DNA of 64,000 bases from Marsupella aquatica (taxonomy: Eukaryota > Plantae > Marchantiophyta): NCBI GenBank assembly GCA_973895155.1, contig OZ316891.1:28339145-28403144 (forward strand), in the 5' to 3' direction. The position numbers and the translations under genes are program-made. Position 1 is the stretch's first letter. Each line of letters begins with the position of its first letter. Shown piece after piece: positions 13,325 to 25,260 of the stretch. Below the pieces are notes generated by a model that saw nothing but the letters and a program-made list of their open reading frames with translations, had not been told where the DNA came from and did no database searches.

Positions 13325-14126
13325 CATAGATGCGCCTCAACCCACACCTAGACCTATGCACATCCATAAAAAGATTCCAATCTCAAGGTCATTTGAAGTT
13401 GACTGAGTTGAGATGTGGCTATTATGGGTAGGTGGGTGTGAAATGAAAATCTAGGCAGGCCCACATTACATTTAAAAACATTTGGACACATGAATGATGC
13501 CCTATTCACTTAAAAGAAAATGATAGAAAGAGAGAACATGCACACATTCCAGTTTTGAGTTGAAAGAAATTATTTATAAAAGAAATGAAAAATATTTTAA
13601 AATCTATTGTGAGGAGAACAAAATTCTTAGTGTTCTATTCTTTCTCTATAAGGAATTTTCTCAAATGGCATTGACCCTAAATACTAAACTCTTTTTTTTG
13701 CAACAACGTCATTGATCAATGACACAAGGGCGGGCTGCAGGCATAAAATGGCCACAACAATAAATTCTTTGCAAAGATTAAATGACAGTGTGGAATGGCT
13801 CAGTGGAGGCTTGAGTGGGAAATGCGTCAGTTTTTTGCTTTCAAGGAGTAGTAATTACATAGTTTTAGTGATTGGCGGAGTTGTTAGGTTTAGGGTAACT
13901 TAATAACTAAGGAAGTAGAGTAGGGAAATAAATTGAGGGAGAGGACATATTTCTCGAGATGTTTCTCTAAGAAGTATCAAGAGTTGAGTAAGTTATTTGG
14001 TAAGGGCGAAAAAAAGTTATGGTAGTTGGCAAGTCGAGCCGAAGGCATGACCGATACTTTTGAGTGACAAGTTTTGCTAAGACTCACCCTATAGGTGCTA
14101 GGTAGTCCCTAGACCACACATAAAAG

Positions 14127-14416
14127 TCCTTGGTGGGCTACCTTGATCCTTGGTCCTCCACTTTGGTCCTTGGTACTTGGTGGTCTACTTTGGTCCTTGG
14201 TCCTTGGTGGGCTACCTTGATCCTTGGTCCTCCACTTTGGTCCTTGGTCCTTGGTGGGCTACTTTGGTCCTTGGTCCTTGGTGGGCTACCTTGGTCCTTG
14301 GTCCTCCACTTTGGTCCTTGGTCCTTGGTGGGCTACTTTGGTCCTTGGTCCTTGGTGGACTACCTTGGTCCTTGGTCCTCTACTTTGGTCCTTGGTCCTT
14401 GGTGGGCTACCTTGGT
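14127..14416. repeat. Minisatellite built from CCTTGGT/CTTTGGT units
   Basis: Reiterated CCTTGGTCCTTGGTGGGCTAC-type units inside the solo LTR. Confidence 0.9.
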
Positions 14417-16178
14417 GTGGTGTGGAAGGAGAATAGTATATAAGGAGGAAGTTTTCATTTGTTAGGGACCGGGAGTCTCATCTCTTAAGTGGAATCTCTA
14501 CCTTGCCAAGGTAGGGCTAAGCTTGAGAAGGAAGAGGTGGTACATGCTTAGTGTGGAGAATGTGTAGTGAACTTTTGTTATAAAGGTGATACAATAAAAG
14601 GAGACTTGTCCATCTTCATTGTGACCATTAAGTGTGAGTGTATTTGAAGTGTATGGGAGCAAGAGAAGAGTCCATGCTATGGTGTAATCTTGGTCTAAGC
14701 TCAAAGGGGATGTGCTAGTACAAAACCAAGGCCAAGGAGGCAAGGTTGTGAAAGGGCCCAAACCCGGTAGTAACTTAGTGATGATTTATAATTGCGTATA
14801 TGAGTAGAAAGCAAGTAGGTGTACCAAAAGTGTTTGGTTTTCAAAATTTTTAATTTTTGTTAGTTCTAAAAAATTGATGCGACAATCGGAGGCCGGAGTA
14901 GAGAGGGGTGTCGGGCGGTGATGGATGATAAGGGAACCATTGAGGGGGTAAAAGGAGGCCACAAGGCAGCTCAAGGACTTGGAGCCAAGGTGTGGGCATC
15001 TTGGAGGGGTGGGGGCTGGTTGGAGGCTCAATGGGATGCCGAGAGGAAAGAGGGGAGGAAGAGCAAGCCCCCAACACTCACGTACGCCTGATCTAGACTG
15101 GGTGCCCTCTTGGATTGGTGCCGAAGAACGATTACGGATTGCAGAAGAGAGGAGGTTGCAACAAGAAGTGGGAGAACAACCACGAGACCAAGAAGAAGCC
15201 CAACGTACCCAAGTTGTACGGTTTGTTGATGAGCCAATTGAAGATCAAGGAGCAGAAGGAGGGGAGCTCTCTGGGGTGTTGCAACGTGAGCTTCTACGGA
15301 GTCCGAGTCCGAAGCACATTGCAATACTACCAGTGGCACGGAGGACCGCACTACCCCAAGTAGCACACATGGCTGCTGCTCAACGTACCCGTGTTCAGTA
15401 CGTACCCTTCAAGGGGAGACCAAAAGATGATCCAGACGAATGGATTGAGGATTTTGAAGGGATCGCTGAAGCTAACGGGGAGTCTGCACACAAGCTCACT
15501 ATCATTCCCGAAGAAAGAATTTGAAGCCTATGGATAGTTCCTCTAGTGAGGAGTCAAGTGAATCTGAGTCGGATGGTAGTGATGAATCTGAGGACTCTGA
15601 GAGCACTATGGAGTCAGACACTACGAAGTCAGAAGCTGAGAAGCGAAAGAAGAGGAAGAAGAAGTTGTCCAAGAAGGCCAAGAAGTTGTCTCATCGAGAA
15701 GTGGTGCTACCCATGGTGGCCGTTACACCATTGTCTACGGCAAGACGTCTCAAGGAGCAAGAGGCCAGGTATGATGAGTTGACAGAGCAAATGAAAGCGT
15801 TGAGGGTGCACTTTGCAGGTCTCAAGCCAAAGAGGAGAAAGGTTCCAGTGGAAAGAGCCAACGTGTGGTGCACCAACTGCATGAAGTTTGGTCATGCCCC
15901 GAAGGAGTGTCCAGCGGGAGAACCAGCCAAGGTATTCCAAGTACGGGAGGAGGACGTTGAAAGAGCCAGCTACTCAACCTCTTCCTATGCCAACGGAGGG
16001 GCCAGTCGAGTACTTCATGGAGGAGCCACCGGAGGCCAATGTGTATAGTGTGCAACCGCTCAACCCGGGACCAAGGAGCATTCATGGGATCTCAACTAAC
16101 GCTGGAGCACCCCCATATGCCAACTATTCCAACGCTACTCCCAGTAATAGACCACCGTATCCTAGAGTAAGAAAGATC

Positions 16179-16864
16179 CTCGGGGGGGTCACTATATGGA
16201 GGGTCATGTTGGGTATTTACTCTTACGTCTAGGTTAATTAGGTATGACGTGGTTGGTACAACAACGTGGGTTGGTACAACTATGTGGTTAGGTACAACTA
16301 AGTTGCACACTATATCATAAGAGGCATGTGTGCTTGGAGAGGTAGAACCAAGGCTCATTGTTATGGAGCCACTTGAGAGATAGGGAGAGCTTACACTGTG
16401 GAGACTCGGTATAGCCGACGGGCTTAGAGTTCAGTAAAGCTCTCTTGTGTGTTCCCGTGGACGTAGCCTCAAGGAGGTGAACCACGTATCTCTTGTGTCG
16501 ACTATTGTGCGTTGGATGGTTCATGGGCTTGCCATTGCGATCGTCGTCTATGCTCAACAGGTCATACATCACGTGCGACGTTTTAGGGTTTGACCCCCCT
16601 AACTTTAAAGTGAAAAATATTTTTTTGCAAAGCCCTTTCTTTCTTAAAATTTTGTCATTTTTTATTAAAAAACCCCTAAAAACTTTATAGAAAGTATTTT
16701 TTGCAATTAAATAGGCCTATGTGTTCTTTAAAGTCGACCAATCAATAAAACATGCCCTATGTGTTCTTCCACCAAACTTTGGAAGTCTTCCGCCACAACC
16801 ATTTAAATGGGCCTATACTTCGTCGCACGTGATGTGTCACTTCCGTGGAAGTGACCCCCCCGAG
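16179..16864. mobile_element. Non-autonomous DNA transposon (MITE, ~328 bp net) inserted in gag
   Basis: ~45-bp imperfect TIRs CTCGGGGGGGTCACT...ACATCACGTGCGACG and 8-bp TSD GAAAGATC (16171-16178 / 16865-16872). Confidence 0.88.
16207..16559 (+). mobile_element. Solo LTR (353 bp, Copia-like) inserted in the left TIR of the MITE
   Basis: TGTTGG...CTCAACA termini, TSD GGTCA (16202-16206 / 16560-16564), and core CCCGTGGACGTAG...GAACCACGTA shared with 12993-13324. Confidence 0.88.
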
Positions 16865-17722
16865 GAAAGATCCCTATTTGTTACAATTGTAGAGTGGCTG
16901 GCCACTACGCTAACGTGTGCCCGGAGCCCACACATCAAGGGAACGGAGATTTTTCCCGGTTGTGTCAATTGTGCAAGGGGGAGGGTCATCTTGCACCATA
17001 CTGTCCAACCTTGGAAGCAATCAAGGCTCAACAAGCCGGAGCACCAGAGAAGAAGGGGCCACCACCCCCACTCAAAGCTAACGTCAACTTTCTCGCCACG
17101 GAAGCGGTTGACCCGCTTGAGTTCACCCCTGCTAAGGAGTTGGTCACCAAACAGAAAGAGCCCGTAGTGGACGTTCGGTCACCATCAAGGAGGAGTTAGT
17201 ACCATCAATCGTTGTAGTATCTCCAGTTGGAGAGGTACCTTTGGTTGTTGTTGCAGCATCCACAGAAGTTGAAGTTCCTAAGCCCACGCCTCCACGTCTT
17301 GAGTGGACTCACGCTGAAAATTTTCCGGAGGTGGACAGTGATGATGAGAGGAGACACTACTCTTGTTACCGGGTCTCCACTCGGTCTGAGAAAAAGAAGG
17401 ACAAGTTTGAACTCAAGCAGAAGTACAAGGAGGTGCATCAAGCTTCCACATCGGGCACCTCACACGAACCGGAGGTGCCACCCATGGAAGATAGCGACTT
17501 TGACCGGGATAACCCCAAGTTGTTTTACCCCAAGGTGGGGGAGGAAGTATGTAAGCAGCTAGAGGACCTAGAAGCACAAGAAATGCAAGCGGCCATCAAC
17601 AAAGACCTGGAGGAGGAAAAGGCTAGAAGAAAGCGAAGGAGAAGGTTATTCGGTGGAAACCAGGAGAGGAGATCATCCCACCCATACCTCCTGCAATAGC
17701 ATACAACATTGGCCAAGACATT

Positions 17723-18571
17723 TTGCATTGTCCGGTCACTGCTACTATTGGTCAACTCTTACGTGATAGTTCCCTCTACCGCTGTCAAGTCAAGGAGATG
17801 CTCATGGGGAGACGACATAGAAGAAGGTTGCCAAGAGTCGGGGCTGACCCCATACAAGTCAATTGGGTCACGGAGGATTTGGGTGCCCCAGAGGTCACGG
17901 TGGACATCAACGGATGTGCAATACGGTTTGTACCGGTGGATGGCGGCTCAGGAGTCAACATCATGATCGAGGAGACAGCCAACCGGTTGGGATATACGGA
18001 GTTGGAGCCACCAGCACGTGCCATGAGGCTGGCTGACGGGGCACAAGTGGTCCCGTTGGGTTGTCTCAACAAGATTCCAACAATGATTGGAGGGAGATCC
18101 TTTCCCCTCAATTACTTGGTAATGCGGCCAGTCAGGCCATACGGTTTTCCCATACTAATTGGTCGTCTTTGGTTGTATGTAGCTAGAGTAACCAGCGATT
18201 GGGGCAAATGGCAGTTTCGGTTTGGTACCTCCACTATTACCATTCCCTGGTCAGCGGAGTCACCTCAAGGGGAGACTACCTCTATGGAAGAGCAATATGA
18301 TTCAGAGGTCACCTCAGATGAGGACGAGGAGGAAGTATACATGGTGAAGTTGATTTCTCATCTGACGGAGGAAGATGTCTTTGGCCCACAAGCTGCTACC
18401 ATTGAGGAGGGAATTACGGAAGTACCACTTGACCAAAGTTATGTTGTGCAGAGGAAAACCAGGGACGAGCCACCTACACCACCACTGGCCCAGCTTGTTG
18501 ATATTGAGGAGGAGGAACAAACGGAGGAGGAGGGGCAGGAAGCTCAAGCCATTCTGTTTGACGATGAATGA
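17723..18571 (+). pseudogene. Gypsy aspartic protease region
   Basis: VPVDGGSGVNIM active-site motif and downstream ILIGRLWL motif. Confidence 0.85.
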
Positions 18572-18595
18572 AGGGAGGAGTGGCTGAACGACCTC

Positions 18596-19700
18596 TTGGA
18601 TGAAGAATTTAGAGAGGAGCTACTGTCACATTACAAAGAATCTGACATGGAAGAAATGATGGCCCATGTGACAAAAGACCCACCCTCAACTCAGCCAGAC
18701 CTGCAACATAGCGATGCACCAGTGTATGGAGGAATGCGACTAGCACGGTTGGAGGAGACCTTTGATGAGGAGACACGTAAGCTGGACGTGATCAGGCCGG
18801 AGCAGTACACAAAGGTGGAGGTGGGTGAAGGCAAGACACTCAACATTGGTAGCAAACTGGATGCTACAGAGCAACGCACTATTCAAGAGTGGTTAAAGGA
18901 GTACCAAGACGTATTTGCATGGAGCCACCAAGATTTGAAGGGAGTGCCACCTGAGTTTGGTGAGCACAGCATTGACTTGATGTCGGGAGCCCGGCCGGTG
19001 AGGCAACGCCAATACCGTCTCAATCCCAAGTACTCACTCATCGTGAAGGAGGAGATTGACCGTTTGTTGGATGCAGGATTCATTTATCCGGTCATGCATA
19101 GTGAGTGGGTATCACCCATCGTGATTGTGCCCAAGAAGAAGGGGCCAGAGGGGAAGGTGAAAATACGGGTGTGTCAAGACTTTCGGAAGTTGAATGAGGC
19201 CACCAAGAAGGATCATTACCCACTTCCGTTCACGGACATTGTGTTAGACATGGTAGCAGGATGGGAAATTTATAGTTTCCTTGCTGGTTACTCCGGTTAC
19301 AACCAGATTTGGATACGAGAGGAGGCTTTGACGCGCACGGAGCAACAACAAGGCAAACAAAAGTTGAACTATGATTCCCGGCTCCGCCGTGTGTCCACTG
19401 AGGAGGGGGATTTGGTGCTCCTCTACGATAGCCGCTTCATGCATTTCCCCGGGAAATTGCATATGCGTTGGATGGGGCCCTACATTGTAGACACAGTCGA
19501 CTCCAATGGATCAGTTCAACTCAAGACATTGGAGGGGCAACTACTCCAACGGATCAGTTCAGCTCAAGACATTGGAGGGGCAACTACTCCAACGGATCAG
19601 TTCAGCTCAAGACATTGGAGGGGCAACTACTCAACACACGGATCAATCAAGAACGCCTAAAGAAGTACTACACAGAGGAGGAGTATGGTGCTCGCGGGGG
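18596..19700 (+). pseudogene. N-terminal half of Gypsy RT fused by deletion to the integrase C-terminus
   Basis: WVSPIVIVPKK, RVCQDFRKLNEATKKDHYPLPF and FLAGYSGYNQI (first catalytic D replaced by A). At ~19322 it jumps to GDLVLLY..GKLHMRWMGPY. No YxDD, RNase H or integrase core. Confidence 0.88.
19505..19632 (+). repeat. 3 x 43-bp tandem repeat in the integrase tail
   Basis: AA(T/C)GGATCAGTTCA(A/G)CTCAAGACATTGGAGGGGCAACTACTC at 19505, 19548 and 19591. Confidence 0.95.
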
Positions 19701-19725
19701 CACTTCGCAATTAAGAGGGGAGCTA

Positions 19726-22212
19726 TGTGAAAGGGCCCAAAACCGGTAGTAACTTAGTGATGACTTATAATTGCGTATATGAGTAGAAAGCAAGTAGGTG
19801 TACCAAAAGTGTTTGGTTTTCAAAATTTTTAATTTTTGTTAGTTCTAAAAAATTGATGCGACAACCGGAGGCCAGAGTAGAGAGGGGTGTCGGGCGGTGA
19901 TGGATGACAAGGGAACCATTGAGGGGGTAAAAGGAGGCCACAAGGCAGCCCAAGGACTTGGAGCCAAGGTGTGGGCATCTTGGAGGGGTGGGGGCTGGTT
20001 GGAGGCTCCACGTAAGGCGCAAAATGGGAAGAATGACCAAAATATAGAAAACATTGAAACTTAAAACAGACGTTTTTGCGCTAGTACTATTTTAAACATG
20101 GTCATGTTTGGATTCATTTTGAAGCCCTCAATGAGCCCATGCAAAACTGAGGTTCTCTAGTTGAGTTTAGGTCTATATCAAACAGTGACATCTCGAGGGA
20201 CCTCAACGCCCGTAAAACGGCAAACTAGACAATCTTGGAGTAGTGATGGTGGGAGGGCCCTTAGAAGGAAGGGGTTCCCACACTTGTGTTCCCCTTCACC
20301 CTTTGTGTGGTCCTCACATGTTTTTTTTTGCTCTCTTTCCCTTCCCCATCGTAGAAGGGCCACCGTAGAAGGGGCCCTCGCACTTTCTTCCTTCCCTTTT
20401 TCTCTATTCTCACTTGTGGGGTTTCCATCCATACCTAAACCCTAAACCCTTTCCCTCTTGTGCTTGCTTTCAACGTGTGTACGGACCCTGGTTGTACGAA
20501 CATCAGATTTTTTACCATCTCAAACTCAGGAGTCTATGGGCTTGTTGGAAAGAGCTCGCCGAGCTGAATCCAACGATGTGTCACACGGCCGAAACGGAGC
20601 TAAGACGGGGGAGATACGACAAATCGCGTTTTTTGACAATACGAGGGTTTTGAGGCCGTACGGAAGGAGGTCCCGGCTTTGCAAGGGAAGGAGGAGGTAG
20701 TAGCACATACGGGGAAACCGTGATCCGTGTTTTGCAAAGCCGGGGGAAACGTGTTATACGGACGAAACGAAGAGAGACGGTGCCCCGGTAAAACTTAAAC
20801 GATCATATCTTGGCCGTTTGACCTCCGTTTTGTGCACCGTTTATGGAGCCGTGATCAGGAAGATGAGGGCTCCTCAGATATGTTTTCAGACGTGAATTCT
20901 GAGAAAATTTTAGTTTCGACAATTATAGGGGCCCCCTCCTTTTACAACGAACCGGTGGTGACGAACAGGAGGATCGGGGCTCAAGCCAAGGCACCGTGAG
21001 GAGGAGGACTGATGAGGAGACCAACTCACGGGGCTCAAGTCAGGGCACCGTGAGTGAGGAGGAGGAGGACTGATGAGGAGACCAACTCACGGGGCTCAAG
21101 CCATGGCACCGTGAGTGAGGAGGAGGAGGACTAGGTAGCCATACGGACTTGGTTGTACGACCTCTGGATTGTGAACATTTTCAGAAAGGTGCACTCACGG
21201 GCTTGTTGGAAAGAGCTCGCGGAGCTGATTCCAACAAGAGGCAGCGCTCCTCAAACGGAGCCAGGATGAGTAAGTTAGGGCCTGACGAAGTTGATAAGTA
21301 AGTGATTCTGAAACGGCCATAACTTGGTCGTTTGATGTCCGTTTTGAGAGCGGTTTGGTGATTCGTGATCAGGAGGAGCAGAGCTATCCAGGGCTCTCCT
21401 CAGGGGAGTAGTTGGACATATTTGAGGTTTCGACCATGAGTGGCCCTCTCACTTCCCCGAGACTACGGATGATTACGGTTGGTACCTGGTGAAGGCACCG
21501 TTGGTACCGTAGTGGGCTAGGATTTTTCACGGTGTGTGTGTGCCGCACGCTTTAGGTTAGTTTATCTCTTAGATGTTTTTGGCGGCGCCGCCGTTGTTGC
21601 CATTCCGTGAGGGGTGCTTTGGTGTTTTTTTCAGTATTTAGGGGGGAGGCTCGTAGTGAGAAGGGGGGAACTCAGTCTAGTGTTTGCTTAGGGAAGTTAG
21701 CTCATAGCCATAAGAGGGAATCAAACCATAGTAGTGAGGTAGAGGTGTAGCACTTGCCCCAGTGAGGCAGTAGTTGGGCAGACGGCAGGAGGCCGGGTTG
21801 TCCTTGCAATGTGTTACGACGTTTTGCCAAAAGATATGGATTTGGTTTGATTCCTCAAGTTTTGGTGTGGTGTTACCTTTTCTGGTTCACGATTGTGCTC
21901 TTTCCCAAGAAGCGTCTAAGGAATCCTTGCACGGTTTGGTCAACCATGTGAGTAGAAGGGGTGGTGACAGCACTCCACCAACGACCAGTAGGAGTGTGTG
22001 TGGTGTAGTCCATGGGACTTGATCAAAAACAGAGAGGCTAGTCGGTAGACTTGATCAAAAATTACACTTCCGGGAGCGGAATCAAACATACTCATCCTAC
22101 ATGCAATAGAATCCGAATAGCGTCCCTCCATGTTCCTGTCATACGATAACAAACAATTTTAGTAGGAGTAAATACATATTTGTCATGTAAATCGTTTGAT
22201 AAGCAAGTGACA
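19726..22212 (+). repeat. 3' LTR (~2.49 kb) of the Gypsy element
   Basis: Starts TGTGAAAGG after the PPT and ends GTGACA before the TSD; internal tandem repeats at ~20975-21132. Confidence 0.85.
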
Positions 22213-22757
22213 AAGGTTAAGGTAGAACACTACTTTGAGACTTAGAGAGGATTATAGCTTGAGGGTGGAAAGTACTTTGCTTGGTGTGTGACCATGTTAA
22301 CAAAAAATAAGTACAAGAGGAAGAGTCCTTAGATAGAGGAGCCTTCTCTAGAGCTCAAAGAGGATGTGTGGACCCAAACCAAGGCCAGGGGGCAAGGTTG
22401 AGGGGTAACACTACTTTGAGGGTCTTGAGGAGACTTAAGCTTAAAGAGGAAAGTACTTTGGGTTCTTGGGTGTTTGTGTGAGAATCTACTCTAAGGTGAC
22501 AGCTTGGAGCGGAGATCCCCCTTGCTGATCCTTGGAGTAGAGAAGAGGGGAAGGGTGTGAGTACAAAAGTAGTCAAAGGGACTACCTCTCTAGAAGTGGA
22601 GAGTTGAAACTACTTATGTATGGAGTGATTAGACATTGTAGGCACATTTCAGAAGTTTTGTCAATCCTTTGTGACCTGGTATGATATGGAGCAGGTATTA
22701 GGTAGTCTTTTGGGGAGAGAAGCCGCTTAAGCTCCTTGACAAGTGTTTGACAGACAG

Positions 22758-24305
22758 CAACAATGAATGACAATTGTGCAACCCACTGGCAATGGGCTCG
22801 TAGATTATAAAATGATAATGAAGTTCAGCATACAGATTCCCATGATCGACATACTTCCTATAGAACAACTCAAAACACAAATAAACAAACTGAAAGATGC
22901 TCATCCTGAGCACGTCATGTGGCTTGGCCATTATAGCAATGTCATCATGGAGATGAATCTTTAGCTAGACAACAACTGAGATTATTTGTTGTAGAGCTCC
23001 TCTTAGCTCCAATGCTCTCTACGCCATTAAAAAATTTGTTGCAAATCTCGTTGCATTTGGATTTAACAATTTTTTGTAACCAGATTTCCTCACAAATATT
23101 GCAAACAACTTTTGTGATGATGTAACTGCTTTTACTATCCATCTCAAGTGTTTAAAAATCTGTTTGAATGGATTTTTTTGCGCTCATCTAGCATAACATT
23201 CTTGTGGCCACACATGTCTTCTAGAAACAAATTAAACACGTGGGCAGCACACCAACTCCAACTCACATGCAAATATTTTTTATGACTATCTCTTCATCTG
23301 CTACGCGATTTACAGGCGCCCCATTGGTAACAATTTGTATGATGTGATCTGCGTCAATGTCATCTATGTATTTTAACCACATGTCACCAGTATACTTTCC
23401 ATTTTTCTTGTCGGCTTGCGTAACATTCCAACTATCCAAGAAAAAATCCCCCTTTTGAACTCAACAACATGACATTCATCAAAGGTTCTCTTCGGATATT
23501 TTCCCATCCATCAGATGAAAGGGAATACCCAAAGGGTTTCACCTCCTTCATTGTTTTTGTCATGTCCTTTGTAAGATCAACTTTAGCCTCTTCCAATAAT
23601 ATCAATCGCAAATTTTGCATATCCAAAGAGAACATCCATTTACAATCCCTTCTGAGGTTTCTGTGACTGCTTCACGGAAGAAAGGATTCTCCGACACATT
23701 GAACGGAATACTACTTGAATAAAAAGCTTTTGCCCACAGCTTATCCAAATGAGCTCTATTTAGAATTTGATAAGCACCCATAATTGGGTTTGCAAGATTT
23801 GATGCCCTACTTTGATGACTCATATTTCCATCCTTATCAAGGTCAACAAAGTTTGAGTCCCGAGTTGATGCTTGCGAATTGAAAGATATATGGATTATAT
23901 GACCTACGACCTCTCATGGATAACAGAAAATGACTTCCGTCGCTTCGTTTGTACTTTATGGATGGGTCAACTTTGATGACATTGTACATTGTACATTTTA
24001 TTGATGTTATCTAAGTCAACAAGTCCATACAAGCCTGTGCAAGGTGATGCATCTCCTTTGTGGATGTTTCCCATCAAATGTCGTGTTGCATGATGCGTTG
24101 TATATTTCTTGCAAAATTTGCATCTTTGATATATACGATTGATGTCATTACATGTTGATGGCGTATCACATCGCTCAAAATATTTCCACATTGGGGAAAA
24201 GTTTGCACTACGTTCTCGACTGTGATTTCGACCGTGCCTAATAGGAGTGGAATGAGCTGATGAGTCGCCAAACTCATCTTCTTTTGAAGACATGATCGGA
24301 AACAA
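22758..24305 (-). pseudogene. hAT transposase remnant (BED zinc finger + DUF659-type core)
   Basis: PMWKYF...RCKFC...HLMG...C (BED finger), AKAFYSSSIPFNVSENPFF, YSLSSDGWENIRREPLMNVM, CAAHVFNLFLED and NPNATRFATNFLM; many stops and frameshifts. Confidence 0.85.
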
Positions 24306-24769
24306 TGAACTTTAAACACAAAATGTCTTGAGTTCTTAAACATCGCTAAAGATACTCACATAATCAAATAATAATGATTTTTATTACTGTTTTGAAAGTA
24401 ACAACAATAAAACGAGAAAAAAAACTATTGTGAAATATCACATGCCGAGTCAAACTCCAAACATGCGCACAACGATTTTCTTCTGTTTCTAAGTTGTTAA
24501 CATTCCTATCCGACGTATGTGATATCTATAATTTAATGGGAATTTGCCGATATAGTGATAACATATCCGACAAATTGTGATAATCATGCAAAATATCACA
24601 CGTCAAGCCAAAGCTCCAAACATGCGTACATGAATGCCTACATTGTCGGAATTTGCTTCACAATACCCACAAGTACCACTAAAATGTAAAAGGGGTTAAC
24701 TTCTTATACATTTTAGAGGAGAAACACATTGTATATTTAGTGGGGCCAACGCCCTAAATTAGCATAAAT

Positions 24770-25260
24770 TCCAGCCCGACCCGCACTTTTCCAGGATTTT
24801 CTGGGACACCCTGACCCGGCCCTCCCCTCACCTGGACCTGGATCCTCCCCCCTCACCCGGACCCGGCCTCCCCTCCCCTCCTCACCCGGACTCGGACTTA
24901 CCCGGCCTCCCCTCCTCACTGGGCCTCCCTCCCCACCCGGACCCTCCCCTCCTCACTCGGCCTCCCTCCTCACCTGGCCAGCCGGCCTCCCCTCCTCACC
25001 CGGCCTCACTCCCTCCCCACCCGGGTGCTCCCCTCCTCACCCGACCTCCTTCCTCATCCGGCCAGCCGGCCTCCCTCCTCACCCGGGCCTCCCGGGGCCG
25101 TAAAGCCGGGGCCGGGATGGGGCAGGCCGGGTCCGGGTGAGGAGAGGTGAGGGAGGGGCTGGGCCGGTTGCCGGGAAGGGAAGGGAAGGGCGATAGTGTC
25201 CGGGACGAGGCCGAGAAGAGTTCAGGCCGGGCCGGGAGAAGTTTGGGCCGAGGCGGGGAA
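24770..25260. repeat. GC-rich low-complexity block, C-rich left arm and G-rich right arm (probable TE subterminal repeats)
   Basis: Repeated CCTCCCCTCCTCACCCGG units, switching near 25100 to their reverse complement (CCGGGTGAGGAG). Confidence 0.65.

Larger units (their letters stand above)
15031..17200 (+). pseudogene. Gypsy gag remnant with three CCHC zinc knuckles; frameshifted and interrupted
   Basis: PFKGRPKDDPDEWIEDFE (capsid N-terminus); knuckles CTNCMKFGHAPKEC, CYNCRVAGHYANVC and CQLCKGEGHLAPYC. Confidence 0.85.
14747..22212 (+). mobile_element. Ty3/Gypsy LTR retrotransposon (Athila/Tat-like non-chromovirus), internally deleted and non-autonomous
   Basis: TSD AAGGT (14742-14746 / 22213-22217). 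5' LTR remnant 14747-~15029 matches the start of the 3' LTR 19726-22212 (about 6 differences in ~283 bp). PPT AAGAGGGGAG at ~19713-19722. Domain order gag, protease, RT, integrase tail. Confidence 0.92.
13789..22752. mobile_element. Solo LTR (~1.5 kb net) interrupted by the Gypsy element
   Basis: TG...CA ends (TGTGGAA...TTTGACA) and 5-bp TSD GACAG (13784-13788 / 22753-22757). The rejoined halves match an internal repeat at ~22377-22420 (AAACCAAGGCCA..GGCAAGGTT..AACACTACTTTGAG). Confidence 0.75.

Noticed and set aside
14130-14465. Hydrophobic repetitive ORFs in all three frames
   Set aside because: Artefact of the stop-free CCTTGGT minisatellite
21005-21130. CTGATGAG motifs in the LTR repeats suggesting a hammerhead ribozyme (retrozyme)
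   Set aside because: No stem II followed by GAAA and no NUH cleavage-site arrangement could be assembled
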